Positions 17,027 through 26,346 of a DNA stretch of 36,229 nt are shown piece by piece (positions within the stretch are counted from its first letter, which is position 1; each line of letters begins with the position of its first letter). This stretch comes from Pseudomonadota bacterium. Its GTDB lineage: Bacteria; Bdellovibrionota_B; Oligoflexia; Oligoflexales; CAIYRB01. The notes below the pieces were generated by a model. That model ran no database searches and had not been told where the DNA came from. It saw only the letters and a program-made list of their open reading frames with translations. The translations under genes were made by a program, and so were the position numbers. Location: positions 1 through 36,229 of the forward strand of contig JANOTL010000163.1 in the NCBI GenBank assembly GCA_031416315.1, given 5' to 3'.

Positions 17027-17911
17027 ATGTCGACCTCACTGCTCTCCCGTTACGGTCTGGCCATCGTCCTCGTGTTCATTACCGTCGAGGCCCTCGTCAG
17101 CTTCTTCCGCAAGGACGAGGCCTACGAGCGCAAGGACACCGCAGCCAACGTCGGCATCGGCGTCGTCGGCACGCTCATCGGGCTCTTTCTCTGGTCCGGA
17201 GTCGCCTATGCCGCCTACACCTTCGCCTTCGGCCATCGTCTCCTGACGATCCCGCTGGACCGCTGGTGGGGCTGGGCGCTCCTCGTCCTTGCCGCGGATC
17301 TCGCCTGGTACGTCGAGCATCGCGTCGGCCACAAAGCCCGGCTCTTCTGGGCCGTGCACTCGGTGCACCACAGCAGCGAGAAATTCAACTATAGCGTCGC
17401 CCTCCGCCTGCCGTGGCTCGGCGGCCTGACGCGGATCCCGTTCCTCCTGCCGCTCGCCTTCGTCGGCTTTCCGCCGGTGGCGGTGATGACCGGCTTCTCG
17501 ATCGTCTTCCTCTACCAGATCTGGGTGCACACGGAATATGTGGGCAAGATCGGGGCCCTCGAAGAGGTGTTGAACACGCCGTCGCATCACCGCGTGCACC
17601 ATGCGAAAGACGCCCGGTATCTCGACAAAAATTACGGCGGCATCCTCATCGTCTGGGACCGCCTCTTCGGCACCTTCCAGCGCGAAGACGCGCCCGCTCA
17701 CTACGGGATTCTCCACCCAATCGGCTCGCACGATCCGGTGCGGATTCAGTCCCGCGATCTGCTCGCGACGTTTCGAGCGCTATTCCAAGCGAGCTCGCCG
17801 CGTGAAGCGCTCCGCATCACCCTGGGAGATCCCGCCTACATCCCTCTGAAGCAAATCCGGGACAGCTCGCCAGCGCCGCAGGCCTTCTCCGCACGGAACG
17901 CAGCGGTCTAG
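17027..17911 (+). CDS. Sterol desaturase / fatty acid hydroxylase family protein (alkylglycerol monooxygenase-like)
   Basis: His boxes HRVGH, HSVHHSS, HTE and PSHHRVHH, plus KNYGGILIVWDRLFGT. RBS GGAG before ATG 17027. Confidence 0.93.
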   Translation: MSTSLLSRYGLAIVLVFITVEALVSFFRKDEAYERKDTAANVGIGVVGTLIGLFLWSGVAYAAYTFAFGHRLLTIPLDRWWGWALLVLAADLAWYVEHRVGHKARLFWAVHSVHHSSEKFNYSVALRLPWLGGLTRIPFLLPLAFVGFPPVAVMTGFSIVFLYQIWVHTEYVGKIGALEEVLNTPSHHRVHHAKDARYLDKNYGGILIVWDRLFGTFQREDAPAHYGILHPIGSHDPVRIQSRDLLATFRALFQASSPREALRITLGDPAYIPLKQIRDSSPAPQAFSARNAAV

Positions 17912-17950
17912 AATTTGCACTGCTCGGCTCAGATCATGAGGAGGTCTGTC

Positions 17951-18580
17951 ATGGCTTGGTCCCACGTCGTCGCGTTCGATTCCCGCTTGCTCGATGAGCG
18001 AGAGCCGCCGGCGCTGCAAAAGAAGAACGTTCCGTGGCTCATGGGCGCAGGCTTCGTTCTGATCGCCCTGGGCGGAGTCGGACTGCTGCATCTCGCCGTG
18101 CTCCAGCCCGCGACCGTCGTGTCGTTCGGCGTCGTCATGGTGCTCGCCGGCTTGGTTCAGGGCGTCGACGCCGTCCTGGCGCATCATCGGGGCGTCTCGC
18201 TCCTAGATGCGGCCGAGGCGGTGCTTTATGTCGTGGGCGGGATCGCCCTCGCGACGGCCGCGCCCGAGCGCGCGCTGCCGGTCGTGGGCGCCGTCTTCGG
18301 CGCGTTTCTCGTCGTTGATGGCATAACGCGCGTCCTCGCTGCCGGCTGGTTTCTACCGAAGCGTTGGCTCTGGAGCTACGCGCACGGCGCCGTTTCCTTC
18401 CTGACCGGCTTTCTTCTGCTCTTCGCTTGGCCGCTCAGCGGCTTCCCGGCGCTCGCGCTTTATCTCGGCGTCGACCTCATCTCTGCTGGCATCACGCTGA
18501 TCGCGGTGTGGAGCGCGGTGCAGGATCTGGACGTCAATGCCCCGGCCGTCGGTATCCGCGGCTCCGAAGGCGGCACCTGA
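17951..18580 (+). CDS. HdeD / DUF308 family membrane protein
   Basis: About six TM helices with G..LI.LG, FG....LAGLVQ, W.W....G and LYLGVDLI.AG. RBS GAGGAGG. Confidence 0.82.
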   Translation: MAWSHVVAFDSRLLDEREPPALQKKNVPWLMGAGFVLIALGGVGLLHLAVLQPATVVSFGVVMVLAGLVQGVDAVLAHHRGVSLLDAAEAVLYVVGGIALATAAPERALPVVGAVFGAFLVVDGITRVLAAGWFLPKRWLWSYAHGAVSFLTGFLLLFAWPLSGFPALALYLGVDLISAGITLIAVWSAVQDLDVNAPAVGIRGSEGGT

Positions 18581-18610
18581 GGCGTCCTAAGTTTGATGAA
18601 AAACGGACTT

Positions 18611-19429
18611 TCAGGCAACCCAAACGGCCGTTCGAGCCAAGAGCTCGGGCGGCAGTTTGCGCTCGACCTCCGCCAGGATCTCGTCTTTCGCGTAACGTGC
18701 GCTGAAATGCGCGAGAATCAGCAGCTCGTTCTGGAAAAGCGCCGCGCGCGCCGCGATCTCGTCGAGATGGACGTGTCCGTAGACATGCGCATGCGCCGCG
18801 TCTTGCGCCTGTCCTAGGAACGTGCACTCCAGAATCAAGATCTTCGCCTCATAAAGCACGGGGGTTTGGTCCAAGCAGGTGATCGTCGTGTCGCCGGTGA
18901 AGGCCACGAGTCCGACGTCGCGCACTTCGAGCGTCTCGTCGCGCCCCTTGCGTCTTTGCTCCACGACGCGGTAGCCGAGGGACGGCACGACGTGCACGCT
19001 CGTGAAGGGCACGAGGAACTTGCCGTGCCCGAGGTCGTGGCGCTCCCCCGCTCGACACGGTACCAGCTCGAAGTCGAAGGCGCGCTGCGTCAGTCGCTCC
19101 CACGTCGCGAGCATCGCGGCCACGTCGGCGGCGATGGGCGCCGGGACGAAGACGCGCGTTCGCGGCGATTTCCAGAGACCTCGCGTCGCGAGATAGCTGA
19201 CGATCCCCGCCAGGTGATCGGGGTGCGCGTGCGTGATCGCGAGAACGCCCAAGCCGGAGAACGAGGGCACGTGAAAGCCGCAGTCGAAGGCGATTTTCAG
19301 CTCCGGTACCGCCCAAGCCGTCCGCTGCGCCGCCTGCGAGAAACCGCGAACCGTCAGCGGGCCGTGCGGCAGGCTCAAGGTGGCGAGCTGGAGGGCGTCC
19401 TCGGCTGTAGCTTTCGGCAAGAGCGGCAC
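18611..19429 (-). CDS. Metallo-beta-lactamase fold hydrolase, RNase Z (short tRNase Z)-like
   Basis: AFDCG, THAHPDHLAG (HxHxDH), HVVPSLGY, FTGDT, LECTF, GHVH and HFSARY. Confidence 0.88.
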   Translation of the reverse strand: MPLLPKATAEDALQLATLSLPHGPLTVRGFSQAAQRTAWAVPELKIAFDCGFHVPSFSGLGVLAITHAHPDHLAGIVSYLATRGLWKSPRTRVFVPAPIAADVAAMLATWERLTQRAFDFELVPCRAGERHDLGHGKFLVPFTSVHVVPSLGYRVVEQRRKGRDETLEVRDVGLVAFTGDTTITCLDQTPVLYEAKILILECTFLGQAQDAAHAHVYGHVHLDEIAARAALFQNELLILAHFSARYAKDEILAEVERKLPPELLARTAVWVA

Positions 19430-19474
19430 GGTTCGTCCCGAGATCCGACGGCTTACGCGGTTGCGGCGGTATTC

Positions 19475-19501
19475 TTAAGTCATCTCCCTAGGGACCGATA
19501 C
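19475..19501 (+). promoter_or_regulatory. Sigma28 (FliA)-like promoter candidate for the sensor kinase
   Basis: TTAA-N15-ACCGATAC versus consensus TAAA-N15-GCCGATAA, 28 bp upstream of ATG 19529. Confidence 0.6.
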
Positions 19502-19528
19502 CAAGGGAAACGACTTTCTCGAAAAAGT

Positions 19529-21511
19529 ATGCCGCTTCAAGCCCATCTCGTCCTCCTTTTCCTGCTCGTCGCCGCGCCCGCGCGCGCCGTGGCGGCCCCT
19601 ATCTTGGAGCTCGGGCCCGAAACGGAGCACGTGGCCCTGCGCGACGCGACCGAAATGCTCGTCGACGTGGAGCACACGGTGGAGCTCGCGCAAGCGCTCG
19701 CCCCCGGGGCCGCATCCCGCTGGGTCGCGCTCACGCCGAGCCCGGGGCATTCCTTCGCGGCGTTTTGGCTGCGGGTCTCGGTGGTCTCGCGCGCTGCCGA
19801 TGCGCGCCGCCTGATCTTGGAGATGGAGCAGAGCTACCCGGATCGCGCCGACTTCTACGTCGTCGATGCCACGACGGGCCGGGTTCTCGCGGAGCAGCGC
19901 GGCGGAGCGCGGGTCCCGACCCTCGAGCGGCCCCTAAAGGCGCAACGTTGCGGCTTCGCCTTCGATCTGCCGCCGGGAACGCCGGTGCACCTCTACGTGC
20001 GCGTCTCCTATCTCGGCGCCGCGGGCCTGTCGATGAGCTTGCACAGCCCAACGTCATGGCTCGCCCGCCTACGCACTCTCGACCTTCTTTTCTTCTTCTA
20101 CCTCGGGGTCGCCTTCGCCCTGATCGTCCACAACTTCTCGCTCTATTTCTCGGTGCGCGACACCTGTTACCTCTACTATCTCGCGTTCATCGGCACCGTC
20201 TTCTTCATGATCCTCAACCTGAGCGGCTACGGCGCGCATTTCCTCGGCTACGTCGACGTCGGGTTGCGTAAAGCCTTGCCGCTAATGACGCTCGTCAGCA
20301 CCGCCGCCGGCAACCTCTTCGCGCGCAGCTTCCTCCGCCTGAAGGAGACCGCGCCGCTTTTCGGCCGCGTCCTCCTCGGCCTCGCCGTCCTCAAAGTTCT
20401 CGTCGCCGTCAGCGCGCTCATCGTGCCGCGCTTCGTCGGCGCAGTCGGTGTGCCGCTCGTGATCGTCGGCACGGTCTTGCACCTGGTCTGCGCCTTCACC
20501 GTCGCGCGCAGAGGCCACCGCCACGCGGTTTATTTCATGGTCGGCGCCTTCGTCCCGATCGGGAGCATGCTCGGCTGGGCCCTCTTTTCGCGGCTCGGGT
20601 TCGATGTGCCGGCTTACGAGCTCGCCGTCGTCAGCTTCGTTGCCGAGATGTGCCTGATGTCGGTCGCGATGAGCGGGCGCGTCAATGCGCTGCGTAAACA
20701 ACTTTTGGCGACGTTGGAGCACGACAAGGAAGCGCTCGAGCGCGACGTGCAACTGCGGACGCAGTCGCTGATCGGGGCGGCGCGGCTCTCCGCGTTGGGC
20801 GAAATGGCGGGCGGCATCGCCCACGAGGTCAATAACCCCCTGACCGTGATCAAGGGCGCGAGCGAGCTCCTCGGCCGTCGCGCCGCGCGCGGCGAGGTCA
20901 AGGCGGCCGAGGTCCTCGAGACGACCGAGCGCATCACGCGCACCGTCGATCGCATCGCCCGCATAGTCAAGGGCCTGCGCCTCTTCGCTCGCGACGGCGC
21001 GGCCGACCCTACTTCACGCGTCACCGTGCGCTCGATCGTCGACGACACCCTCTCTTTTTGCCGCGAGCGCTTCCGCCACCACGAGGTCGAGCTGCGCATC
21101 GAAGGCGAAGACGCGATGGCCGTCTTCGTCGAGTGCCGCGGCCCTCAGCTTTCGCAAGTGCTCTTGAACCTCCTCAGTAACGCCCTCGACGCCGTCGAGC
21201 ATCGCCGTGATCCATGGGTCGAGCTCCGCTGCCGGAACCTTGGCCACGAGGTCGAGATCTCGGTCTCCGACGGTGGCCCCGCGATCGACCCGGCGGCGCG
21301 GGCGCGCATGTTCCAGCCTTTTTTCACCACCAAGGCGGTCGGCAAGGGCACGGGCTTGGGCCTTAGCATCGCCAAAGGCATCGTCGACGCTCACCAGGGC
21401 AGCCTCCGCCTGGATGAGACGACGGCGACCACCCGTTTCGTGCTGAAGTTGAAGGTCGTCCCCCGTGAAACCATTGACTACGAAGACGTTCCGGCGTCTA
21501 AGGTCTCGTAG
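19529..21511 (+). CDS. Sensor histidine kinase with 7TMR-DISM extracellular domain and 7TM region
   Basis: Signal peptide, FWLRV...DRADFY...GARVP..ERP periplasmic domain, about seven TM helices, H-box LGEMAGGIAHEVNNPL, N-box QVLLNLLSNALDA, and FQPFFTTK..GKGTGLGL. Confidence 0.93.
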   Translation: MPLQAHLVLLFLLVAAPARAVAAPILELGPETEHVALRDATEMLVDVEHTVELAQALAPGAASRWVALTPSPGHSFAAFWLRVSVVSRAADARRLILEMEQSYPDRADFYVVDATTGRVLAEQRGGARVPTLERPLKAQRCGFAFDLPPGTPVHLYVRVSYLGAAGLSMSLHSPTSWLARLRTLDLLFFFYLGVAFALIVHNFSLYFSVRDTCYLYYLAFIGTVFFMILNLSGYGAHFLGYVDVGLRKALPLMTLVSTAAGNLFARSFLRLKETAPLFGRVLLGLAVLKVLVAVSALIVPRFVGAVGVPLVIVGTVLHLVCAFTVARRGHRHAVYFMVGAFVPIGSMLGWALFSRLGFDVPAYELAVVSFVAEMCLMSVAMSGRVNALRKQLLATLEHDKEALERDVQLRTQSLIGAARLSALGEMAGGIAHEVNNPLTVIKGASELLGRRAARGEVKAAEVLETTERITRTVDRIARIVKGLRLFARDGAADPTSRVTVRSIVDDTLSFCRERFRHHEVELRIEGEDAMAVFVECRGPQLSQVLLNLLSNALDAVEHRRDPWVELRCRNLGHEVEISVSDGGPAIDPAARARMFQPFFTTKAVGKGTGLGLSIAKGIVDAHQGSLRLDETTATTRFVLKLKVVPRETIDYEDVPASKVS

Positions 21512-21618
21512 TCCTTGCCCCATCCGGGTTTCACGCTTTATGAAAAAGCGGCAACTGAGAAACATCCGACGCCGACGGCAAAATCGCCCCGCTTTACGTG
21601 GTTTGCTAAACTGGTCCC

Positions 21619-23169
21619 ATGCTCCTGCGCGACCTCCCGATCCTCGTTCTCGACGTCCAGACGACAGGGGCCACTCCAGCCCTCGGGCGGGTGCTCGAGC
21701 TCGGGCTCGGGATCGGGGACGAGGCCTCGAGCTTCATCCTCCAAGGCGTCGAGGACGAGCGCATCGCACGCCGTATCCTCGCGCTCACCGGCATCGCGCC
21801 GGAGGAGCTCGCCGCCGGCATCAGCGAGGTCGAAGCCTTTGCGAAGCTGCGCCTGGCGACCGAGTCGCTCGCGACCCCCGTCGCCGTCGCCCACGTCTCC
21901 ACGTTCGAATCGCGCTTTCTCGACGTCTTCTGGGAGAAGCACGCGGGCGCCCCGGCGCCGTGGCTCTGGCTCTGCACGCACCAAATCGCGCGCCGCCTGC
22001 ATCCCAACATGCCGAGCCGCTCGCTGCGCGCATTGGCCGGGTTCTACGGCTTCCGCATCGGCATGGAGCGCCGCGCTCTGCACCACGTCGAAGCCACGAC
22101 GCGGCTTTGGCTTGCGCTCGTCGAAGACCTCGAGCAGACCGCCGGCATCGCGACCCTGGACGCGCTGCGGGCCTGGCTGGCGATCAAGGCGCCGCCCCGC
22201 GGGCGGCAGCGCATCTTCATGATGGACCGCGCCGCGCGGCTCGCGCTCCCCGCCGCGCCCGGCGTCTACCGCTTTCTCGCGCGGGACGGCGCCGTCCTCT
22301 ACGTCGGCAAGGCGACCTCGCTCCGCGACCGCGTGAACTCCTACTTCCGCAACCGCAAGGGCCACGGCGCCGCGAAGAATGAGCTCCTCGCGCAGGTAAA
22401 AGACGTCGACGTCACCCCCTGCGCGACGCCGCTCGAGGCCGCGCTCTTGGAATGCGACGAGATCAAGCGCCTCGACCCACCGTACAACGTGCTCCTCCGC
22501 GCCGGAGCCCGCCGCGTCGGCTACTTCGATCGCGACCTCGTGCCCACGCTCGACGACGCGCCGTTCGGCGCCGCGCATTTCGGCCCGTTCCCGAGCCCGT
22601 ACGCGCTTCTTCCGCTCACGTGGCTCGCCGGGGCCTGCGCCGGCGCCGCGACGGAGCTCAGCTCGCTTCTACGCAATACTGTCGGCCCCGTCCGCATCCT
22701 GCCCGCGGCCGTCGTCGGCGGCCTCTCCGACACCGCCGTGCGCTTCGACCTGCCGCACGACGCCTCGCCGCGCGATTGGCTCGCGCGCGCCATCGTCGCG
22801 GCGCGCAAGGAGGCCGTGCATGCCGCCGAAGTCGATCTCGCGACGCAGGAGGACGAGATCCTCGCGCCTGACGCGCGCGACGACGACCGCGAGCTCTCCG
22901 CGGAGGAGCTCGCCGAGTCCCTGGGCGAGATGGTGGTCGGCGTCGGGCGCGCCTATCTGCGCTCGCGCCGCGTGAAACGCCTCCTGCAAAGCACCATTAC
23001 CTTCGACGGCCGTCTCTTGCACGAAGCGAGGCACGACCTGGCATCGCGCCCCGTAGACATCGCGGCCTATGATCGGGTCCGGGTCCTGGCGACCGAGCTG
23101 GACCGTCTGGGAAGACGGCCCGAGCTCGTCATTAGTTGGATCGACGTGGCAGCGCGAACTAGCTGCTGA
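21619..23169 (+). CDS. DEDD(DnaQ)-like domain (degenerate) fused to a UvrC/Cho-type GIY-YIG endonuclease
   Basis: N-terminal VLDVQTTG...LTGI...LCT...ARRL. GIY-YIG motifs PGVYRF...LYVGKATSLRDRVNSYF...EAALLE...I....PPYN. Confidence 0.87.
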   Translation: MLLRDLPILVLDVQTTGATPALGRVLELGLGIGDEASSFILQGVEDERIARRILALTGIAPEELAAGISEVEAFAKLRLATESLATPVAVAHVSTFESRFLDVFWEKHAGAPAPWLWLCTHQIARRLHPNMPSRSLRALAGFYGFRIGMERRALHHVEATTRLWLALVEDLEQTAGIATLDALRAWLAIKAPPRGRQRIFMMDRAARLALPAAPGVYRFLARDGAVLYVGKATSLRDRVNSYFRNRKGHGAAKNELLAQVKDVDVTPCATPLEAALLECDEIKRLDPPYNVLLRAGARRVGYFDRDLVPTLDDAPFGAAHFGPFPSPYALLPLTWLAGACAGAATELSSLLRNTVGPVRILPAAVVGGLSDTAVRFDLPHDASPRDWLARAIVAARKEAVHAAEVDLATQEDEILAPDARDDDRELSAEELAESLGEMVVGVGRAYLRSRRVKRLLQSTITFDGRLLHEARHDLASRPVDIAAYDRVRVLATELDRLGRRPELVISWIDVAARTSC

Positions 23170-23236
23170 CGCAGGCGATTCAATCCGGCGCAAAGATGTG
23201 CGGCGGCGAATTCGCCGCGTCGTGCTAGCTTTGGGC

Positions 23237-23563
23237 ATGCGCGAATTCCACGCCCACGTCTATTATACCGTCGAGACGCGAGCCTCGGCGGTTGCCTTGC
23301 GCGCCGAGGTCGAGGCGCTCGCGGGCGGGCGGCTCAAGGTCTACACCTTGTCGGACGGCCCGCGCGGCCCGCACGTGACGCCGATGTTCGGGGTCGACAT
23401 CCCGGCGGTCGACCTGCCCGAGACGCTTGCTTTTTTGATGCAAAGGCGTGGGCCGCACTCCGTCTTGATCCACCCGGTGACGGAAGACGAGCTCATGGAC
23501 CACACGCAGCATGCGGCTTGGATCGGCATGCCGCAACCGCTCGACTTGTCGCGCTTGCGGTGA
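23237..23563 (+). CDS. DOPA 4,5-dioxygenase family protein
   Basis: FHAHVYY, GPH..PMF and SVLIHP.T......DHT.HA.WIG...PL. Confidence 0.9.
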   Translation: MREFHAHVYYTVETRASAVALRAEVEALAGGRLKVYTLSDGPRGPHVTPMFGVDIPAVDLPETLAFLMQRRGPHSVLIHPVTEDELMDHTQHAAWIGMPQPLDLSRLR

Positions 23564-23619
23564 ATTGTTGGTAGGCTTCGGCCTAGCGAACGAACCCTGG
23601 AATTCGCCGGAGTCTTCTT

Positions 23620-24942
23620 ATGCCACGCGCGCCCCAGCCGCTCTTCGTCGCCGCCGTTCTCGCCGCGGTCTTCTTCGCCTTCTTCGCCTTCCAAAGCTGT
23701 GGCACCGAAGGCGACGACGCCACCGCGACGAAAGCCGACCCACGAGGCGGAGCCACCGCGACCGCCTCGATGGCAGCCGTCGTCGCCCTCACGACCGGCA
23801 CCGCCGCCAGCTTCCCAGCAGAGACCATCCCGACTGGCGGCACAGTCACCGTCGAGCCCGTGGCGCAGCCGGCCGAGTTCGCCGCTTTCTCCGAGCTGAT
23901 CTTCGCTTCCGAAGCGGTGAAGGTTGCCGCCACGGGGCCGGCCGGCGAGGCCCTGGCGAAGCCGACGGCGCCCGGCTCGATCGTCCTCTACATGGATAAG
24001 ACGCCCGCCGCCCTCGCGCTCCACGACATCGGCGTGAAGGCGGTCAAGCTCTGCGCCCTCGGCCTCACCCCGGACGGCGAAAAGCTCGTGTTCCGCCGCG
24101 CGGCGCTCGCCGCCGTCGACCTCGCCGCGAAGACGGCGACCTTCACCTCGTCGTGGTTCGGCACCTTCCAAATGGCTTATTGCGGCGACGAGGCCCTCTC
24201 CGGCTTCGCCGAAGCCAGCGCCACCGGCCTTGTCGGCGGGACGCCGCTCGCAGCGCCGGCACCCACGGCACCCGCGGTCGCGAAGACGCTCGCCTGCGTC
24301 AACACCAGCTCGACCTGCCTCCTCTACGCCGGCTCGGTCTACCAACTGGAAGCGCTCGGCTCGAACTGCGAAGGCGGCGGCGGCGACAAAGGCGCCGACT
24401 GCTCGCGCTCCGACTCTTTGGGCGTCTGCGTCGCGCAGGTCGGCACGACCCACGAGATCGCCACCTTCTTCTATGCGGAAGGCGGCGCCGACGCCGCCTC
24501 AGAGGAGGCCGCCTGCGCGAAAAGCGGCTCGCAGTTCATCGCCGCCGCGGCGTACGTTCCGACCGAAAGGAGCGCGCAGACCGTGCCGACGACCGTCGCC
24601 ACGCCCGCGGGACAAGGCTTCGCCTGCTCTTCGGCGGGCAATTGTCTCGCTTACGTCGGCACCATCTTTGCTGGCCAGAAGGAGACGACCGAGGCGGCTT
24701 GTACGAGCACGCTCAAGGGCACGCTCGTTGCCTACGACGCGTGCCCGTCCGCGGAGCTCGTCGGTGTGTGCGTTCGGAACCGAGGAACGGTGCAGGAAAC
24801 GGCGCAGTATTACTACGCGTCGTCGGGAACGACGTCCGAGGCGCTCGCTTCGGTGTGTGCCGAGTCGGCGGCGGAGGCCCTCGGGGCGGATTACGTGCCG
24901 ACCGCGCCTCAGGCGCAGGCGGCGATCGTGGTGCAGGAGTAG
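23620..24942 (+). CDS. Lipoprotein with a ZU5-like beta domain and two C-terminal six-Cys repeats
   Basis: Hydrophobic signal ending FQSC. Two approximately 92-95 aa repeats of the form AC...C..Y.G...C...C....GVCV...GT..E.A..Y...C...YVPT. Confidence 0.8.
   Translation: MPRAPQPLFVAAVLAAVFFAFFAFQSCGTEGDDATATKADPRGGATATASMAAVVALTTGTAASFPAETIPTGGTVTVEPVAQPAEFAAFSELIFASEAVKVAATGPAGEALAKPTAPGSIVLYMDKTPAALALHDIGVKAVKLCALGLTPDGEKLVFRRAALAAVDLAAKTATFTSSWFGTFQMAYCGDEALSGFAEASATGLVGGTPLAAPAPTAPAVAKTLACVNTSSTCLLYAGSVYQLEALGSNCEGGGGDKGADCSRSDSLGVCVAQVGTTHEIATFFYAEGGADAASEEAACAKSGSQFIAAAAYVPTERSAQTVPTTVATPAGQGFACSSAGNCLAYVGTIFAGQKETTEAACTSTLKGTLVAYDACPSAELVGVCVRNRGTVQETAQYYYASSGTTSEALASVCAESAAEALGADYVPTAPQAQAAIVVQE
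24289..24903 (+). repeat. Intragenic duplication of a six-cysteine domain
   Basis: Copies at about 24289-24564 and 24619-24903 share six Cys, GVCV and a terminal YVPT. Confidence 0.8.
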
Positions 24943-24953
24943 GGTGGCTTCAC

Positions 24954-26153
24954 CTATCGCACAAACACAATTCTGCAATTCACCCCCTCAAACGGCACCG
25001 GCGCCTCCCCCTCCGGCTCGACCAGATAAAAATATCCGATATCCCAAGTCCCCAACGCCGCCCTCCCGATGAACCCACCCGCCACCAACAAGTCCCGACT
25101 CCAGCTCCGCTCCCCGAAATCAACCGCGAACGTCCCCGCATTCACCGAAGTAAAACGCACCACCGCCTCGCTGCGGATCACGTTCCCGTCCATCATCTGA
25201 AACTTGTATTGCACCCCGCGCACCGCATGCGTCGAGCTTCGGCACGTCACGTTCTCGACCACGCGCGGATCCGTCATCTGAAAACGCACCCGATACCGCT
25301 CCGCCGAGCGCACGTGCAGCGTTCGCTGCTCGACCTCAGCCGCCGTGTACGCCACCTCGAATCGCCGCGAAGTCGAGCTCGGCGCCGAGTCCTCGGGCCA
25401 CGCGAAACTCGTGTCGAGCAAGTGCGTCAGCAGCCGCTCGCCGTCCTCCATGTCCGTCACTTCGCGCTCCACCCACTCGCGCCAGCCGTCCATCTCGCGC
25501 GACCGTGACGCGCGCAGACGCAGGAGCTCTTCGTAATCCCGCGTCGACGACGAGCCGCGCTCGCGCACGAAAGCGACGCGCAGCTCGTTGAACGTCCCGA
25601 CCAGCGCATTCTCCTCTTTCTGCTCGACGGCAAGCCGCGCTCGCGTCAGCTCGAGCTGCGACATGAGATCTTGATCATGCGGCGTCTCCTCCAGCGCCAG
25701 GCGAAGGCGCGCCACTTGGTCCTTCAGGCTTTGGGCTTTCCGCTGCTGCGCCAACAAAACGCGCTCTGCCGCATCGAGCTCCTCCCGCGTCACCGCCGGC
25801 GTCCCGGAAGGGTCCGTGTTCAAGAGCTCGAAAAGGCGCACGTCGATCGCCTGGATCTGCTGCCACGTCTGCGAGCGCTTCTGGTCGAATTCAGCAAGAT
25901 TCACGCCGAGCGAGGCGCGGAACGTCGAGGTCACGATCCCGAGGTCGGCCCGTTGGAAGGCGATGCCGCACGTCTCACGATCGTAGAAGCGCGTGCCCGC
26001 CGGGCACTCGCCGCGGTGCACCGCAGCGCCCTCGACGAAGAATAGGTAGTCCGGTCCGACGTGGCCGCTCACCACGTCGGCCTTCACCGTCCCCCCCGCC
26101 GCGGTCATTGCCAAGGTCGCCACACCGAAAATCCATCCCCGAGCGCGCATCAC
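24954..26153 (-). CDS. Secreted coiled-coil protein (paralogue A): Cys-pair head, helical hairpin, P-domain-like C-terminus
   Basis: RBS GAAGGGGAG and signal peptide. YLFFVEGAAVHRGEC..C head, then WQQIQAIDVRLFELLN and heptads. Clear similarity to 30349..31593. Confidence 0.82.
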   Translation of the reverse strand: MMRARGWIFGVATLAMTAAGGTVKADVVSGHVGPDYLFFVEGAAVHRGECPAGTRFYDRETCGIAFQRADLGIVTSTFRASLGVNLAEFDQKRSQTWQQIQAIDVRLFELLNTDPSGTPAVTREELDAAERVLLAQQRKAQSLKDQVARLRLALEETPHDQDLMSQLELTRARLAVEQKEENALVGTFNELRVAFVRERGSSSTRDYEELLRLRASRSREMDGWREWVEREVTDMEDGERLLTHLLDTSFAWPEDSAPSSTSRRFEVAYTAAEVEQRTLHVRSAERYRVRFQMTDPRVVENVTCRSSTHAVRGVQYKFQMMDGNVIRSEAVVRFTSVNAGTFAVDFGERSWSRDLLVAGGFIGRAALGTWDIGYFYLVEPEGEAPVPFEGVNCRIVFVR

Positions 26154-26346
26154 GATCTCCCCTTCAATAGGAGCGCCGGGTGTACCGCCCCGCCGCCCGC
26201 GCGGTCAATCGACCCGCCTCAGGCTCCGTGCACCGACTGTGAACACAAAACCCGCAAGAACGCGCTAGGGCCGTGCACGAGCCCGCGACTCGCAGGATGA
26301 TGGCCGCGAACCCGGCCCTAAGTCGTTGATCACGAAAGGCTTTGCT

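Noticed and set aside
18866..19528. 221-aa N-terminal extension of the histidine kinase ORF
   Set aside because: It overlaps the RNase Z-like gene on the other strand. The signal peptide and promoter candidate support a start at 19529.
21590..21606. LexA box upstream of the GIY-YIG nuclease
   Set aside because: TTACGTGGTTT matches only half of a TTAC-N3-GTAA-type box.
18611..23169. Anti-phage defence island (MBL nuclease plus GIY-YIG)
   Set aside because: The genes are not in an operon, are separated by a kinase, show host-like codon usage, and have no other defence or mobility markers.
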